A stretch of DNA of 39,927 bases, taken from the NCBI GenBank assembly GCA_016839515.1, contig JAEOUE010000134.1, forward strand, positions 1 to 39,927, written 5' to 3'. The notes beneath the pieces were generated by a model, which did not search any database, was not told the origin of the DNA, and was given only the letters and a program-made list of their open reading frames with translations. Origin of the DNA: Candidatus Hodarchaeum mangrovi. GTDB taxonomy: Archaea; Asgardarchaeota; Heimdallarchaeia; Hodarchaeales; Hodarchaeaceae. Numbering within the stretch: position 1 is the stretch's first letter; each line of letters begins with the position of its first letter. Shown in pieces: positions 1 to 9,735 of the stretch. The position numbers and the translations under genes were made by a program.

Positions 1-1013
1 AAAAATGTGAAAAATAAAAGAGATAATGAAATAAAATTAGTCGTTTCATTTGTTGTCTCTCGAATTGTTTCAGATGGTTTTGAAATATCATTACTGCTAG
101 TAATTGTTAAAGAAGAAGTTGTCGAATGATTTTCTTCTCCAGAACGAAAATCGATTTTTATATTTTCACCTATAGTTGATACATCAATATATTTAGTTAT
201 TGATGTTGATAAGTCACCACCAGATACAGTAAGAGTAATAGTTCCATTTAGGGTGATGGGAATAGCATATCCACCAGAGCTACTAGTTAATGTCCAATAA
301 TCACCTTTATCTGGCATGATTTGTACTCCCCCTAATCCTTCCCCTATATCATAAAAATCATTTTCATTTGTATCATTATATATTACTCCTAAAAGATAAA
401 GAGTATTAGATCTCCCATATAGTATATCACAATAGTAATTTTGATAATTTCCAATTCCAATCTCATTTCCTCTAGTGTTCGATGTTACTCCTAAAATAAA
501 TTCACGATGATACGGCTCTCCAAATGTTTCCCAACCTGCATCTTCCATTAACATTCTGAAAAGTAAAACGGGATTAAAAAAGCTAGCAACTGATTCTCCA
601 AAAACAAATCCAGTATAATTAAAAAATGATGCTCTATCCTGAAAATTAGATCCATCAACGGAATGCCCAAGCATACCTAATTCATACATAATAGCAGAAT
701 AATTATCAGCAGTTTCACAAAGATTTTTCTGCATTGCTAAAGGCGGTTGAGGAGTTATATTAACTGGAATCCCATCTTGAAGATCTAATTCTAAACGGAG
801 CGCTTCAGCATTTGGATCTTTTCTTGCACGATTATGGAGCTCGAGCATATACTGTTCTTCTGCTGTTGGGTTTCCATGATCATAAAAAATAGTGGGTGTA
901 TTTTCAAATAATTTATTTGTTCTTCTAATCGAAATTGAATTAGTCTGTGGAGAATAAAATCTCAGACAGATAGAAACAACCAGAACCATACAGAAAAATA
1001 AATTTCTTTTCAT
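1..1013 (-). CDS. Secreted CAP/SCP-domain protein with a C-terminal beta-sandwich and S/T-rich stalk (3' end runs off the window; absent from the ORF track)
   Basis: Manual translation from ATG at 1013: MKRNLFFCMVLVVSICLRF (signal peptide) ... YDHGNPTAEEQYMLELHNRARKDP ... PPLAMQKNLCETADNYSAIMYELGMLGHSVDGS ... GESVA ... HREFIL ... EIGIG (CAP motifs). These are followed by GVIYNDTNENDFYDIGEGLGGV, an S/T-rich linker and the start of a hydrophobic tail. No stop before position 1. Confidence 0.8.
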   Translation of the reverse strand, partial: MKRNLFFCMVLVVSICLRFYSPQTNSISIRRTNKLFENTPTIFYDHGNPTAEEQYMLELHNRARKDPNAEALRLELDLQDGIPVNITPQPPLAMQKNLCETADNYSAIMYELGMLGHSVDGSNFQDRASFFNYTGFVFGESVASFFNPVLLFRMLMEDAGWETFGEPYHREFILGVTSNTRGNEIGIGNYQNYYCDILYGRSNTLYLLGVIYNDTNENDFYDIGEGLGGVQIMPDKGDYWTLTSSSGGYAIPITLNGTITLTVSGGDLSTSITKYIDVSTIGENIKIDFRSGEENHSTTSSLTITSSNDISKPSETIRETTNETTNFISLSLLFFTF

Positions 1014-1541
1014 TTAATCTCAACCAGAATAATTTTCATGTTTGAGGATATTCTTTGGATGTGATTCATATCCCTTAAATTAAAAAACTTTGCATATTAT
1101 TGTTGCTTTATTAAAAAAGAAGATCCTTTTATTACATTTAATTATTAAATTTATTTTATGAAGCATAAACGAATTAATTTTGTGAAACTAAATGTAAAAT
1201 CATGAATTTGGGTTCATATAATACCATGACTACTAAAAGAAATATAAAAAATGTTAAAAAGTGATAATAAATTTCAAAAAATATTCTACAAATTCAAAAT
1301 CTTTAGGAAAAGAATATGCTTTCTAGAAATCCTTCACATCAATGATATATTTTAAAAGGTAAATAAAATTACGAGTTCAATAAAATTGTGCTACTTGTCA
1401 ATAATCTATCATAATCAGTAACCTTGTTTATTATTTTGCTTGTTTTCAAGCTTACATTAAGCAAAAGATCAGCTTAACATATTTAAACAAATTTTCCAAA
1501 TTAAACAAACATCTTCTTCATAAAAAATAGGGATATTTAAT

Positions 1542-3284
1542 ATGAATTTAACTAGACAACAAAGAAGGAATCTAGGTGAATTTTATACTCCTAAATCAAT
1601 ATCCAACAAATTAACGAAAAGAACAATAATTCAATATATTCTCTCACAGTTAAATCAGACTTTATATGATTATAATAACTTAGATCAAGTGATTTATCAC
1701 ACATTAGAAGAATCACCAGAAATTATGGAAAATATAATCACAAATCTAAAGATTTTAGATTGTTCAACTGGAAATGGCAGGTTTTTGCAGAGTTCTCTTG
1801 AAATTTTAGCAGATCTATTAACACATTCCCACAAAAAATCAGTCTCTAATAAAAAAAACTTTAAGGAGTCTATTTCTTTCCAAATTTTGAAAAATAATTT
1901 GTATGGTATTGACATCAATCAAAAAGCTGTTTCTGAATGTATAATTAATCTCCTAAAAAATATTAATCAAAATTATCGGGTTGAATTAAAGAAAATATTA
2001 AGTCGTAATATTCTTATAGGTAATTTTCTAGATCTTTCTCTTCAGGATTTTGAAACTTTATATTCTGATGATAAGTTTCAAATAATTTTGGGTAATCCTC
2101 CTTGGGGAAGTAAGTTGAGTTATCAGGATAAGATTAAATATCACCAAATTTTCCCTCTTCAGAGCTCTAAACGGAATCTGAATATATTTGAACTATTTAT
2201 CTATCAAAGTACTAAATTAATTGATAGTAAAAATAGAGGAATGTTAGCTCTTCTTCTTCCTAAAAATTTTGCTAGATCAAACCAATATACTCATGTAAGG
2301 AAATTCCTCTTGGATAATTACCAAATTTTAAATATAAATTTTTATGGGCTCTTTGAAAATGTTACTCAAGAATTTATTTCTTTAACAGCTCGTTATGGAC
2401 ACAGCGTGAACCAAGAGCATAAAATTTTGGTAGATAACAAGAATAAGATTGATCAATCAATTTATTATGAAAATTATGATTATATATTTACCCAGAACTA
2501 TAATTCTAACGTTCAACAGACTTTAACTAGAATCAAAGAAAATTCCAGTCCATTGAGTAAATATATGACTATAAAGAGAGGAGAAGAGTTATCAAAACGG
2601 GGAGAAGTGATGTACTGTCCTAATTGTCAAAGCTGGGTTCAAAAATCAAGTCGAAAGAGAAGAATTATTTGTCCAGCGTGTCAGGTAGTAATAGAAGAAA
2701 AAAATCTTGAAATACAATTTCTGATAAAAAATACATTTAATGAGATCCAAAACCAACCTATTTTAACAGGTGACGACTTTGAGGCATTTTTTATTAGGAA
2801 CTCTCACTTTATTGATCCCTCTGTGCATTTTAGAAGTAAGAAAGATCCTAAGATATACTTCTCCCCAAAATTAGTTCTTCAGAAAATTAAAAGATATCCT
2901 TGTGCAGCTTTAGACATGAAAAGTGTTTGGACAACCCAAAATGTCTACATTTTACGATTGAAACCAGAATATGAGGTTAATACTGATTTGCTCTTTTATA
3001 TCCTATCAATACTTAATTCAATCCTATATAAATGGTTTTATGAGACACAATTTAACCTTGGCTCTAATTTTACAAATGCTATCTCGATTTCAAATCTAAA
3101 AAGACTTCCAATTAAGAATCCAGACCCTGAAAATAAAATATATAGATCAATAGTTTTTAAAACAAAATTATTCCTTCAAAATATTTCAGCTGATAAAAGA
3201 CACATCCTAGATGAGATAAATAAACATATCTTAGAGTATTATGACTGTAAAACTTTTCCTCCTATAGGGAATCTGCATTATTGA
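1542..3284 (+). CDS. Gamma-class N6-adenine DNA methyltransferase (Eco57I/TaqI-like) with a Zn-ribbon insertion in the target-recognition region
   Basis: Motif X GEFYTP, motif I ILDCSTGNGRFL, LYGIDIN, motif IV IILGNPPW. TaqI_C-like tail (PKLVLQKI ... LLFYILSILNS ... LKRLPI). CPNC/CPAC pair. No N-terminal nuclease domain. Confidence 0.9.
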   Translation: MNLTRQQRRNLGEFYTPKSISNKLTKRTIIQYILSQLNQTLYDYNNLDQVIYHTLEESPEIMENIITNLKILDCSTGNGRFLQSSLEILADLLTHSHKKSVSNKKNFKESISFQILKNNLYGIDINQKAVSECIINLLKNINQNYRVELKKILSRNILIGNFLDLSLQDFETLYSDDKFQIILGNPPWGSKLSYQDKIKYHQIFPLQSSKRNLNIFELFIYQSTKLIDSKNRGMLALLLPKNFARSNQYTHVRKFLLDNYQILNINFYGLFENVTQEFISLTARYGHSVNQEHKILVDNKNKIDQSIYYENYDYIFTQNYNSNVQQTLTRIKENSSPLSKYMTIKRGEELSKRGEVMYCPNCQSWVQKSSRKRRIICPACQVVIEEKNLEIQFLIKNTFNEIQNQPILTGDDFEAFFIRNSHFIDPSVHFRSKKDPKIYFSPKLVLQKIKRYPCAALDMKSVWTTQNVYILRLKPEYEVNTDLLFYILSILNSILYKWFYETQFNLGSNFTNAISISNLKRLPIKNPDPENKIYRSIVFKTKLFLQNISADKRHILDEINKHILEYYDCKTFPPIGNLHY

Positions 3285-3288
3285 CTTT

Positions 3289-3636
3289 TTATTTTCTAAT
3301 TTTGTATCGTTTCGCATCATCAAAGAAATCCATTGCCAAAACTCTTGTATGAAATTCCGCTTGGTGAATTTTACCCTCAGGAATGAAATAAGTCTCTCCC
3401 TTTGAATAATTTTTCTTTTTGCCGTCAACTGTTAATGACATTTCTCCTTCTAAAACCAAACCAAACTGTGTTGAATGACTATGTGGAGGTATCTTTCCAG
3501 TGGAATTTATTTCGAAAAATACAATTTGAAAATTCTCACCTTGGGCAACCCATCCTTTAATTCCATGAATTGGGATATCCGCCTCTGGTAATCTTGTTAT
3601 TACCTCAGGAAAATGCGTTTTATTCATATAATTCAC
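3289..3636 (-). CDS. Cupin-domain protein
   Basis: Cupin motifs PPHSHSTQFGLVLEGEM and GETYFIPEGKIH; 115 aa. Confidence 0.85.
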   Translation of the reverse strand: MNYMNKTHFPEVITRLPEADIPIHGIKGWVAQGENFQIVFFEINSTGKIPPHSHSTQFGLVLEGEMSLTVDGKKKNYSKGETYFIPEGKIHQAEFHTRVLAMDFFDDAKRYKIRK

Positions 3637-3652
3637 TTCTATTCAATATTTA

Positions 3653-4423
3653 TTATAAATAATCATCTAGAGAACTTTGATTGACCATAAATTCAATTGA
3701 TTTCCCGAATCGGGCTTTATGATGTATAATTGATACATATTCTTTCCTTATTTCAAATCCAACCACGTCTCGTCCAGCTATTCGTGCAGCTAGAATTGTT
3801 CCTCCACTTCCTGAAAAAACATCACCTATTAAATCTGATGGTTTACTTGAGGTTCTAATTAATTTGTCTAAAAGTACAATAGGAAGTTGACATGGATGTC
3901 CTTTAATTCGATGTGGATCATTCCCACGATTGTATTCAGGCCAAAAAAAAACATCTTCATCATAATGTTTTTGCTTGAAGAAGGTATATTTTTTTCTATT
4001 CTTCACTAAAAGAAGAATATGATAATGACTTGTCGTAAATCTTCGCTTTGTATAAACTCCCCATGAAAAATGCCAAATGGCATGATTTAGTAGATGAAAA
4101 TCGGTTGTTTTTATAGCATTTAGTATGAATTGTAAATTTGTCCAACCAGAGATTATATAGAGACTTCCATCATCTGTTAGAGCTTCATAACAGACATTTA
4201 TCCATTCCTTTGAAAACTGAAAATAAGATTCTGGAGTAAAATTGTCCTCATAAAGATCGTAATCAATTGATCCATATTCATGACTGGATTTATTGAAAGA
4301 AATCCCAAAGGGAGGGTCAGCAATTATAAGATTAAATCTTCTTTCTAGGGCTTTTTTGGGAAGTGTTTCTATTACATTACCAATGATTAATTCATATGAT
4401 GATTGTCTTACCATGGAAAACAC
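3653..4423 (-). CDS. Beta-class N4/N6 DNA methyltransferase (alternative ATG start at 4414)
   Basis: Catalytic IIADPPF precedes HPCQLP and SAM-binding DVFSGSGGT, the beta motif order; GFEIRKEY follows. Confidence 0.9.
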   Translation of the reverse strand: MFSMVRQSSYELIIGNVIETLPKKALERRFNLIIADPPFGISFNKSSHEYGSIDYDLYEDNFTPESYFQFSKEWINVCYEALTDDGSLYIISGWTNLQFILNAIKTTDFHLLNHAIWHFSWGVYTKRRFTTSHYHILLLVKNRKKYTFFKQKHYDEDVFFWPEYNRGNDPHRIKGHPCQLPIVLLDKLIRTSSKPSDLIGDVFSGSGGTILAARIAGRDVVGFEIRKEYVSIIHHKARFGKSIEFMVNQSSLDDYL

Positions 4424-4435
4424 GAATGGAAATTA

Positions 4436-6562
4436 TTAATTTTGGGGAATATTGTTGTAACTAATTTCCCATATTTGAGTATGGGATAAGTTTTCTCCAG
4501 AGGGAGCCTTTATAATATATTTAAACTCTAATTCCATTAAAACACCGGCAAAGATTGCCAAATAATCCAAATCTTTGATTGTTATATTTGCTTTTTCTAA
4601 CTCCTTCCTCCTTAGGATGTATAATTCTTGAAATTGTTTTATAAATTCTGAACAAGCTATCTCAGAATAGTTGTCCAAACTCTGAATTTTACATACAATA
4701 ATCAAGTCAAAGCTAATAGATTTTTTATTACGGATATTAAGTACATTCCTAGCTTCACTTGGGATTGTATGAGTTTTTATAACTCTAAAACCTGAAAGTA
4801 AGATAATATCTGCTATTTGAACCCAAAAATCACGGTCTGAGTGATGAAAAGTAAAAATAAAGAGTCCACTTGGTTTCATTAATCTTTTAACGTTATTAAA
4901 AATGTTTAAAAGCTTTTTGAAATAATTTAATTCCCTATTTTTACTTGCTATTGCTTCTTCTCCTTTTGGAGTTTCCTTCAATTTAAACCATTGATATTTA
5001 TCTGCTAAAACCAGTCTAATCCAGACATATAAAAAATCAGATAGTTCAGAATAATTTATATTGTCTACATAAGGTGGGTCTGTTATAATGAGATCAAAAG
5101 GAGCTATCTCGTCTATTCTCTCTCCAGAATCATGACAAAAGAGTTTAAGATTATTTGTGGATCTTAGAATCGATTTTTTAGGAATTTTTTCTAATTTTCC
5201 CTCTATTTTTCCAGAAAATATCTTTTTCGCAACTTTTTTTCCTTTTTTAATCTCATATCTCGAGTTATATGGAGAAATATTATATTTCTTACCTAAATAA
5301 AGTCTTTTAAGACATTTAATCCAAGTTCCTCTCCCAAATTTAGTTCCCCAGACATTATTTTCAGCAAAAGAAGAAAGAGGATGAAAATCATGGCGTGCGA
5401 ATATACCTTCAACTTTCTGACCATTCAAAGAATATCTCGTAAAAGTATTGTTATGGTTTAATAAATTAATAAATGTAGCAAGGAACATTTCTTGGATGAT
5501 ATCGTTACTGATGTCTGAAATATAACCAAGAATTTTGGATAAGGCTAGTAATTGCCTTTCATTAAAGAGATCACTCCAATAGAGATACTGGTGATTTAAT
5601 AGTACTTTAGTCACCTCACCATCTGGAATTTTTTCCTTTGGCCACGGAAGAAAAGAAGATTCTATTTTCCATTGTTCTTTTGCATGTTCATATCTAATTA
5701 AATCATCTCTATCTGTAGCTTTAAAGAATCGTAATCCTGAGGATAATTTCTTTTTATTTGAATTACTAAAACAAGAATGACAGAAACCTTCAATTGCATA
5801 CATTTCTGAAGAAATTTCAATGGAATTCGATTTAATTACTTTTAAGAGATTAAAATGGGTATTACATTGATAACATTTAACTTTTTGCCGTCCAATCCTA
5901 TTTCCCGAACGAGGATTAAATTTGTAAAAACACTTAGGACATTCAATCGTTGTTGAGGGGAGTTTTTCACTTTCAAATATAAAAGAGCATTTTGGACACA
6001 ATAAAAACCATTTCTGAAGAATTTTTCCCACAATAAAATTCCTAAAAATTGGAATTTGTGTCTTGCATCTTACACATGACACAGTTTTTATCCAATGTGC
6101 ATAAATTATATCAGCAATTCCTTGACATATTGGACATGTTGTTTGATAATAATTCTTGATTTCATCTTCAATTTGATTCACGCATTCAGAAATTGCTCTT
6201 CCTAATTCATGTATATCAACTAGTTCTGCTTCAGTTTTAGTTATAAACCATGCTATAGGATTTATATCAACTCCTACGCATTTTATTCCTAATCTTAATC
6301 CTTCTATAATAGATGTCCCACCCCCCATGAAGGGATCTAATAGGATTAGATCCTTAAAATTATGTTCAACGTAAAAACTATCCATTAAATTATCATTTGA
6401 GGATAGGACACAACCTAAGATAATAGCTCTAAACATAGATGAAGATCGACGAGCAAACCATTTAGAGATCTGATAAATTGGTTTATAACTACTTCGTTCA
6501 GGGACAGCTAATTGGCTAATTTCTTTGATAGGAAATGTCTCTTCAATTAGCTTAGGGGTCAT
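4436..6562 (-). CDS. DUF1156/COG1743-type adenine DNA methyltransferase with multiple Zn ribbons
   Basis: N-terminal LIEETFPIKEIS ... KWFARR (DUF1156-like), motif I LLDPFMGGGTS, GVDINPIAW, six CxxC motifs, LFNERQLLAL, catalytic IITDPPY, FTFHH. Confidence 0.88.
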   Translation of the reverse strand: MTPKLIEETFPIKEISQLAVPERSSYKPIYQISKWFARRSSSMFRAIILGCVLSSNDNLMDSFYVEHNFKDLILLDPFMGGGTSIIEGLRLGIKCVGVDINPIAWFITKTEAELVDIHELGRAISECVNQIEDEIKNYYQTTCPICQGIADIIYAHWIKTVSCVRCKTQIPIFRNFIVGKILQKWFLLCPKCSFIFESEKLPSTTIECPKCFYKFNPRSGNRIGRQKVKCYQCNTHFNLLKVIKSNSIEISSEMYAIEGFCHSCFSNSNKKKLSSGLRFFKATDRDDLIRYEHAKEQWKIESSFLPWPKEKIPDGEVTKVLLNHQYLYWSDLFNERQLLALSKILGYISDISNDIIQEMFLATFINLLNHNNTFTRYSLNGQKVEGIFARHDFHPLSSFAENNVWGTKFGRGTWIKCLKRLYLGKKYNISPYNSRYEIKKGKKVAKKIFSGKIEGKLEKIPKKSILRSTNNLKLFCHDSGERIDEIAPFDLIITDPPYVDNINYSELSDFLYVWIRLVLADKYQWFKLKETPKGEEAIASKNRELNYFKKLLNIFNNVKRLMKPSGLFIFTFHHSDRDFWVQIADIILLSGFRVIKTHTIPSEARNVLNIRNKKSISFDLIIVCKIQSLDNYSEIACSEFIKQFQELYILRRKELEKANITIKDLDYLAIFAGVLMELEFKYIIKAPSGENLSHTQIWEISYNNIPQN

Positions 6563-6574
6563 TTAACTATACCT

Positions 6575-7210
6575 TTATTTATTTAAGATGAATTCTAAGA
6601 AATCATTTGGATTAGAAAACAAATAATCTGGATTTGAACTTAATAATTTCTCAGATTCCACTGAACCCCATAAAGCTGCAGCGGTTTTAATACCAGCAGC
6701 TTTTCCTGCAATTATATCTAGATGACTATCTCCTAAAAACATCACTTCCTCTTTATTAAGATTTAAAATTGATATAATTTGAAATAAGGCATCTGGATAT
6801 GGTTTTGACCTTTCAACATCATTTCCAGTCATAACCAAGTGAAATAAATCAGCAAATCCAAGTTTTTCTATAGTAATTTCGTAAGTTGTTCTACTTTTAC
6901 CAGTGAATATAACTAAAAATTTTAGGTGATCTTTTAGCCTTTGAAGTTCATCACGAGAAAAAAATCCTTTTGAGGGGGAAGAAGCGCGATATTTGTTTAG
7001 AAATTTATTCCAAGCTTCGACAAATAATGAATCTGGAAAAATTTTTCTGAATATTTCATCTCCAGGAGGACCCCACAGGGATAAAACTTCAGAATCACTC
7101 ATGTTTTGTCCCAAATATTCGGATACGACATCTTGAAAGAGTTTAATGATGATCTGTGTATTTTCCACTAATGTTCCATCGACATCAAAGATAACTGTTG
7201 AGATTGGCAT
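6575..7210 (-). CDS. HAD-superfamily phosphatase (subfamily IA, PpaX/phosphoglycolate phosphatase-like)
   Basis: FDVDGTL, IFTGK, KPYPD, FLGDSHLDIIAGKAAG. Confidence 0.9.
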   Translation of the reverse strand: MPISTVIFDVDGTLVENTQIIIKLFQDVVSEYLGQNMSDSEVLSLWGPPGDEIFRKIFPDSLFVEAWNKFLNKYRASSPSKGFFSRDELQRLKDHLKFLVIFTGKSRTTYEITIEKLGFADLFHLVMTGNDVERSKPYPDALFQIISILNLNKEEVMFLGDSHLDIIAGKAAGIKTAAALWGSVESEKLLSSNPDYLFSNPNDFLEFILNK

Positions 7211-7291
7211 TGGAATTCTCCTAATTTAAATATACTCCTTATCCTTAAATATTTTTAAAAACGAAATGGTTATTTCTTTAAATGGGATAAA

Positions 7292-8092
7292 ATGAGTGAT
7301 AAAGAAACGGTTGATAAACGCAATAAGTTAAATGAATTAACAGGCCGTGAATGGATTCGTTTTACTAAATCGTGGTTTATTGCTGATGGAAAATCTACTG
7401 AAATTACCCATGAAATTGATTCACATCCCGCTTCTTTTCCTCCAACAATGATTAAAGAGTTTATTGAATTCTTCACAAAACCAGGAGAAAAAGTTCTTGA
7501 CCCCTTTGTAGGAACTGGATCAACTCTTGTTGCTTGTAACGAATGTGGTAGAGAAGGAGTAGGGATTGAACTGTATGAAAAATATGCACAAACTGCAATG
7601 AAGAGAACAAACTTACCTGTTTTAATTGGTGATATTAGAAAGGTCATAAAAACAGAATTACCTCAATTTGGTAAATTTTCACTTTGTATTACATCTCCTC
7701 CATATTGGAGGATATTAAAGAAATTTAAAGACTATAATCAACAAGAAAGATCAAAAAAAGGATTAGATTTAAAATATGGGGAAGACCCGAAGGATTTTGG
7801 AATGATTGAAACTAAAGAAAAATTTCTAGCTGAATTAGGCGATTTATTCATCAACATTATTGATCTTCTTGAAGAAAGGGGACATCTAGTTATATTCATA
7901 CAAAATATCAGAGACAAAGGAGAAACAATCCCAATTGCATATGAGCTTACAGTTCAACTACGTAAGAGATATAAGTTTCTTGGTGAACGAATCTGGTTGC
8001 AGAATCAAAAAATATTACGTCCTTATGGATATCCCTATGGTTTTGTCCCTAATATTCATCATCATTATGCTCTTATTTTTCAAAAAAAGTAA
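7292..8092 (+). CDS. Small N4-cytosine-type amino-methyltransferase (SPPY; SAM-binding motif first)
   Basis: HPASFP, VLDPFVGTGST, GIEL, then CITSPPYW; C-terminal HHHYALIF; no large TRD. Confidence 0.85.
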   Translation: MSDKETVDKRNKLNELTGREWIRFTKSWFIADGKSTEITHEIDSHPASFPPTMIKEFIEFFTKPGEKVLDPFVGTGSTLVACNECGREGVGIELYEKYAQTAMKRTNLPVLIGDIRKVIKTELPQFGKFSLCITSPPYWRILKKFKDYNQQERSKKGLDLKYGEDPKDFGMIETKEKFLAELGDLFINIIDLLEERGHLVIFIQNIRDKGETIPIAYELTVQLRKRYKFLGERIWLQNQKILRPYGYPYGFVPNIHHHYALIFQKK

Positions 8093-8134
8093 ATTATCAA
8101 CTTATCAGGAAAACAAGATTAAAAACATCATAAC

Positions 8135-9322
8135 CTAGATTATTAATCTAAAAAAATTCCCAAGACCCACAGTTATATCGATAAAATCAATAAGGCCTAT
8201 AGCAAAGGTTATTAATAATAAAATAAAGAATTTTTTTCTTTCCATTCTAGGCAATATGGTTAAACACGGAAAAAACCACATCCAATACCAAGGAAAAGCA
8301 GTTGGATATACTTTTAAGAAGCTTAGGAGTAATACGAAGGGAATCCAATAGCTATGATCAAATATTCCATTTATTTGACGGAATTTAAAGATAATCCCTT
8401 CTCTAGATATTTTCCCACCTAACCAGTAAAATATTGCGAAAATCAAAACAATTGTTGACAATATAGAAGAAATAGATAGATGTGTAATTAATAGAGGGTT
8501 TGAAATGGTCTGTCCAGAATATTCACCTAGTTTTCCGAAAAATCCAAAGTATCTTAATACAAATAATGATACTATTAAAGGAGGAATTGACAACAGGAAA
8601 ATTGATATAACTAAAACGAAGACTCCAACAATTATTGTCTTATATTCATTCCTATCTTTGCATAAAAGATAAGGAAGTATTAAGACTGATACATACTTCC
8701 AATGAAATCCGATTCCAATACTGAAATAGGATAGACCAACATTTTTTTTATGAATAATCATTGGAAGTAATAAAAAAAAGATAGTAATAGAGGTTCCCTG
8801 TCCTTCAATAGCAGAGAAGGGAATGGATGTTAACAAATAGGAAAATATAAAATATTTTTCAAATTTAGGAATGTTTAAATTCTTCTTTTGGCACTGAAGC
8901 ATTATTAAAATCATGAAATTAATGTTAATTATATCAAAAATCGATAAAACCCACTTCACAAGGATTTCAGGATATGGTAGAAGAGACATAACAGCCCAGA
9001 ACATTAATTGAATAGTAGGATAATCAAATGTAGTGTTTGGGTAAGAAAGAAGTCCTGTTAATGGATCAGTAATATTATATTCTGTTCCAGTAATATTTAT
9101 TGGTCTCATGTCATATACTTCAAATCCATATTTCCAAAATGCTTTGCCATAGAATAAATTTCTTTTAAAATCGCTGGTCAATAACGGAGGAATAAATGCT
9201 CCAAGTAAGAAGTGTAGAAGAATTAAAACAACAAATATTATCCTCCAATTTCCTAACGAACGAAAAAACTCTTTTAGAGGCTGGATCCAGTTAAAAAGAA
9301 TTTTCCCTTTATCTAGGGGCAT
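8135..9322 (-). CDS. Polytopic membrane GT-C glycosyltransferase (GT87/DUF2029-like)
   Basis: About 10 hydrophobic segments; SD ... Y loop after TM1, FDYPT, SAIEGQ, HWKY and FPWY, a pattern typical of lipid-phosphate-sugar-dependent transferases. Confidence 0.6.
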   Translation of the reverse strand: MPLDKGKILFNWIQPLKEFFRSLGNWRIIFVVLILLHFLLGAFIPPLLTSDFKRNLFYGKAFWKYGFEVYDMRPINITGTEYNITDPLTGLLSYPNTTFDYPTIQLMFWAVMSLLPYPEILVKWVLSIFDIININFMILIMLQCQKKNLNIPKFEKYFIFSYLLTSIPFSAIEGQGTSITIFFLLLPMIIHKKNVGLSYFSIGIGFHWKYVSVLILPYLLCKDRNEYKTIIVGVFVLVISIFLLSIPPLIVSLFVLRYFGFFGKLGEYSGQTISNPLLITHLSISSILSTIVLIFAIFYWLGGKISREGIIFKFRQINGIFDHSYWIPFVLLLSFLKVYPTAFPWYWMWFFPCLTILPRMERKKFFILLLITFAIGLIDFIDITVGLGNFFRLII

Positions 9323-9435
9323 TATTTATTATATCGTCCTTTTATTTAACAATTAATATAAATAATTACTTTTCTTCATTAAATTTTTTAAGAATCAGCT
9401 TTAACATTTTGGTGAGTATAGATTGGATTCTATAG

Positions 9436-9702
9436 TTCAAATATCTCATTTATTAGTTTTTTTATCCTTTTTATAATATTAGAACTACATTTTACGATTG
9501 TTATGGCTGTAAAGCCTTATTATAATCATTTAGATCAATAATTTTAATTTTTTTATTAATCAACGAAATATTTTTGTCTTATTCATTATTGAAAGAAATA
9601 TTTTCAAATTACAATCCGACATCTTGAGATATCTTCTCATATTATGTAGAACTAGAATTATGTCGGATATTTCAAATTTCAAATAATTTAAAAACTTCAA
9701 AT
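9436..9702. repeat. Short repeats in the divergent intergenic region: 9-bp inverted repeat plus five TTCAAAT copies
   Basis: ATCCGACAT (9614-9622) and ATGTCGGAT (9660-9668); TTCAAAT at 9436, 9603, 9671, 9678, 9696. Confidence 0.4.
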
Positions 9703-9735
9703 TTTTGATATCTAGTATCTAGTTGAGTTTTCTTC

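Noticed and set aside
1014-1541. Possible ncRNA or small gene in the long AT-rich intergenic region
   Set aside because: No GC-rich stems, convincing repeats or credible ORF; consistent with divergent promoters.
9323-9735. Canonical archaeal replication origin
   Set aside because: No ORB consensus or G-string seen, and the adjacent protein is not a clear Orc1/Cdc6.
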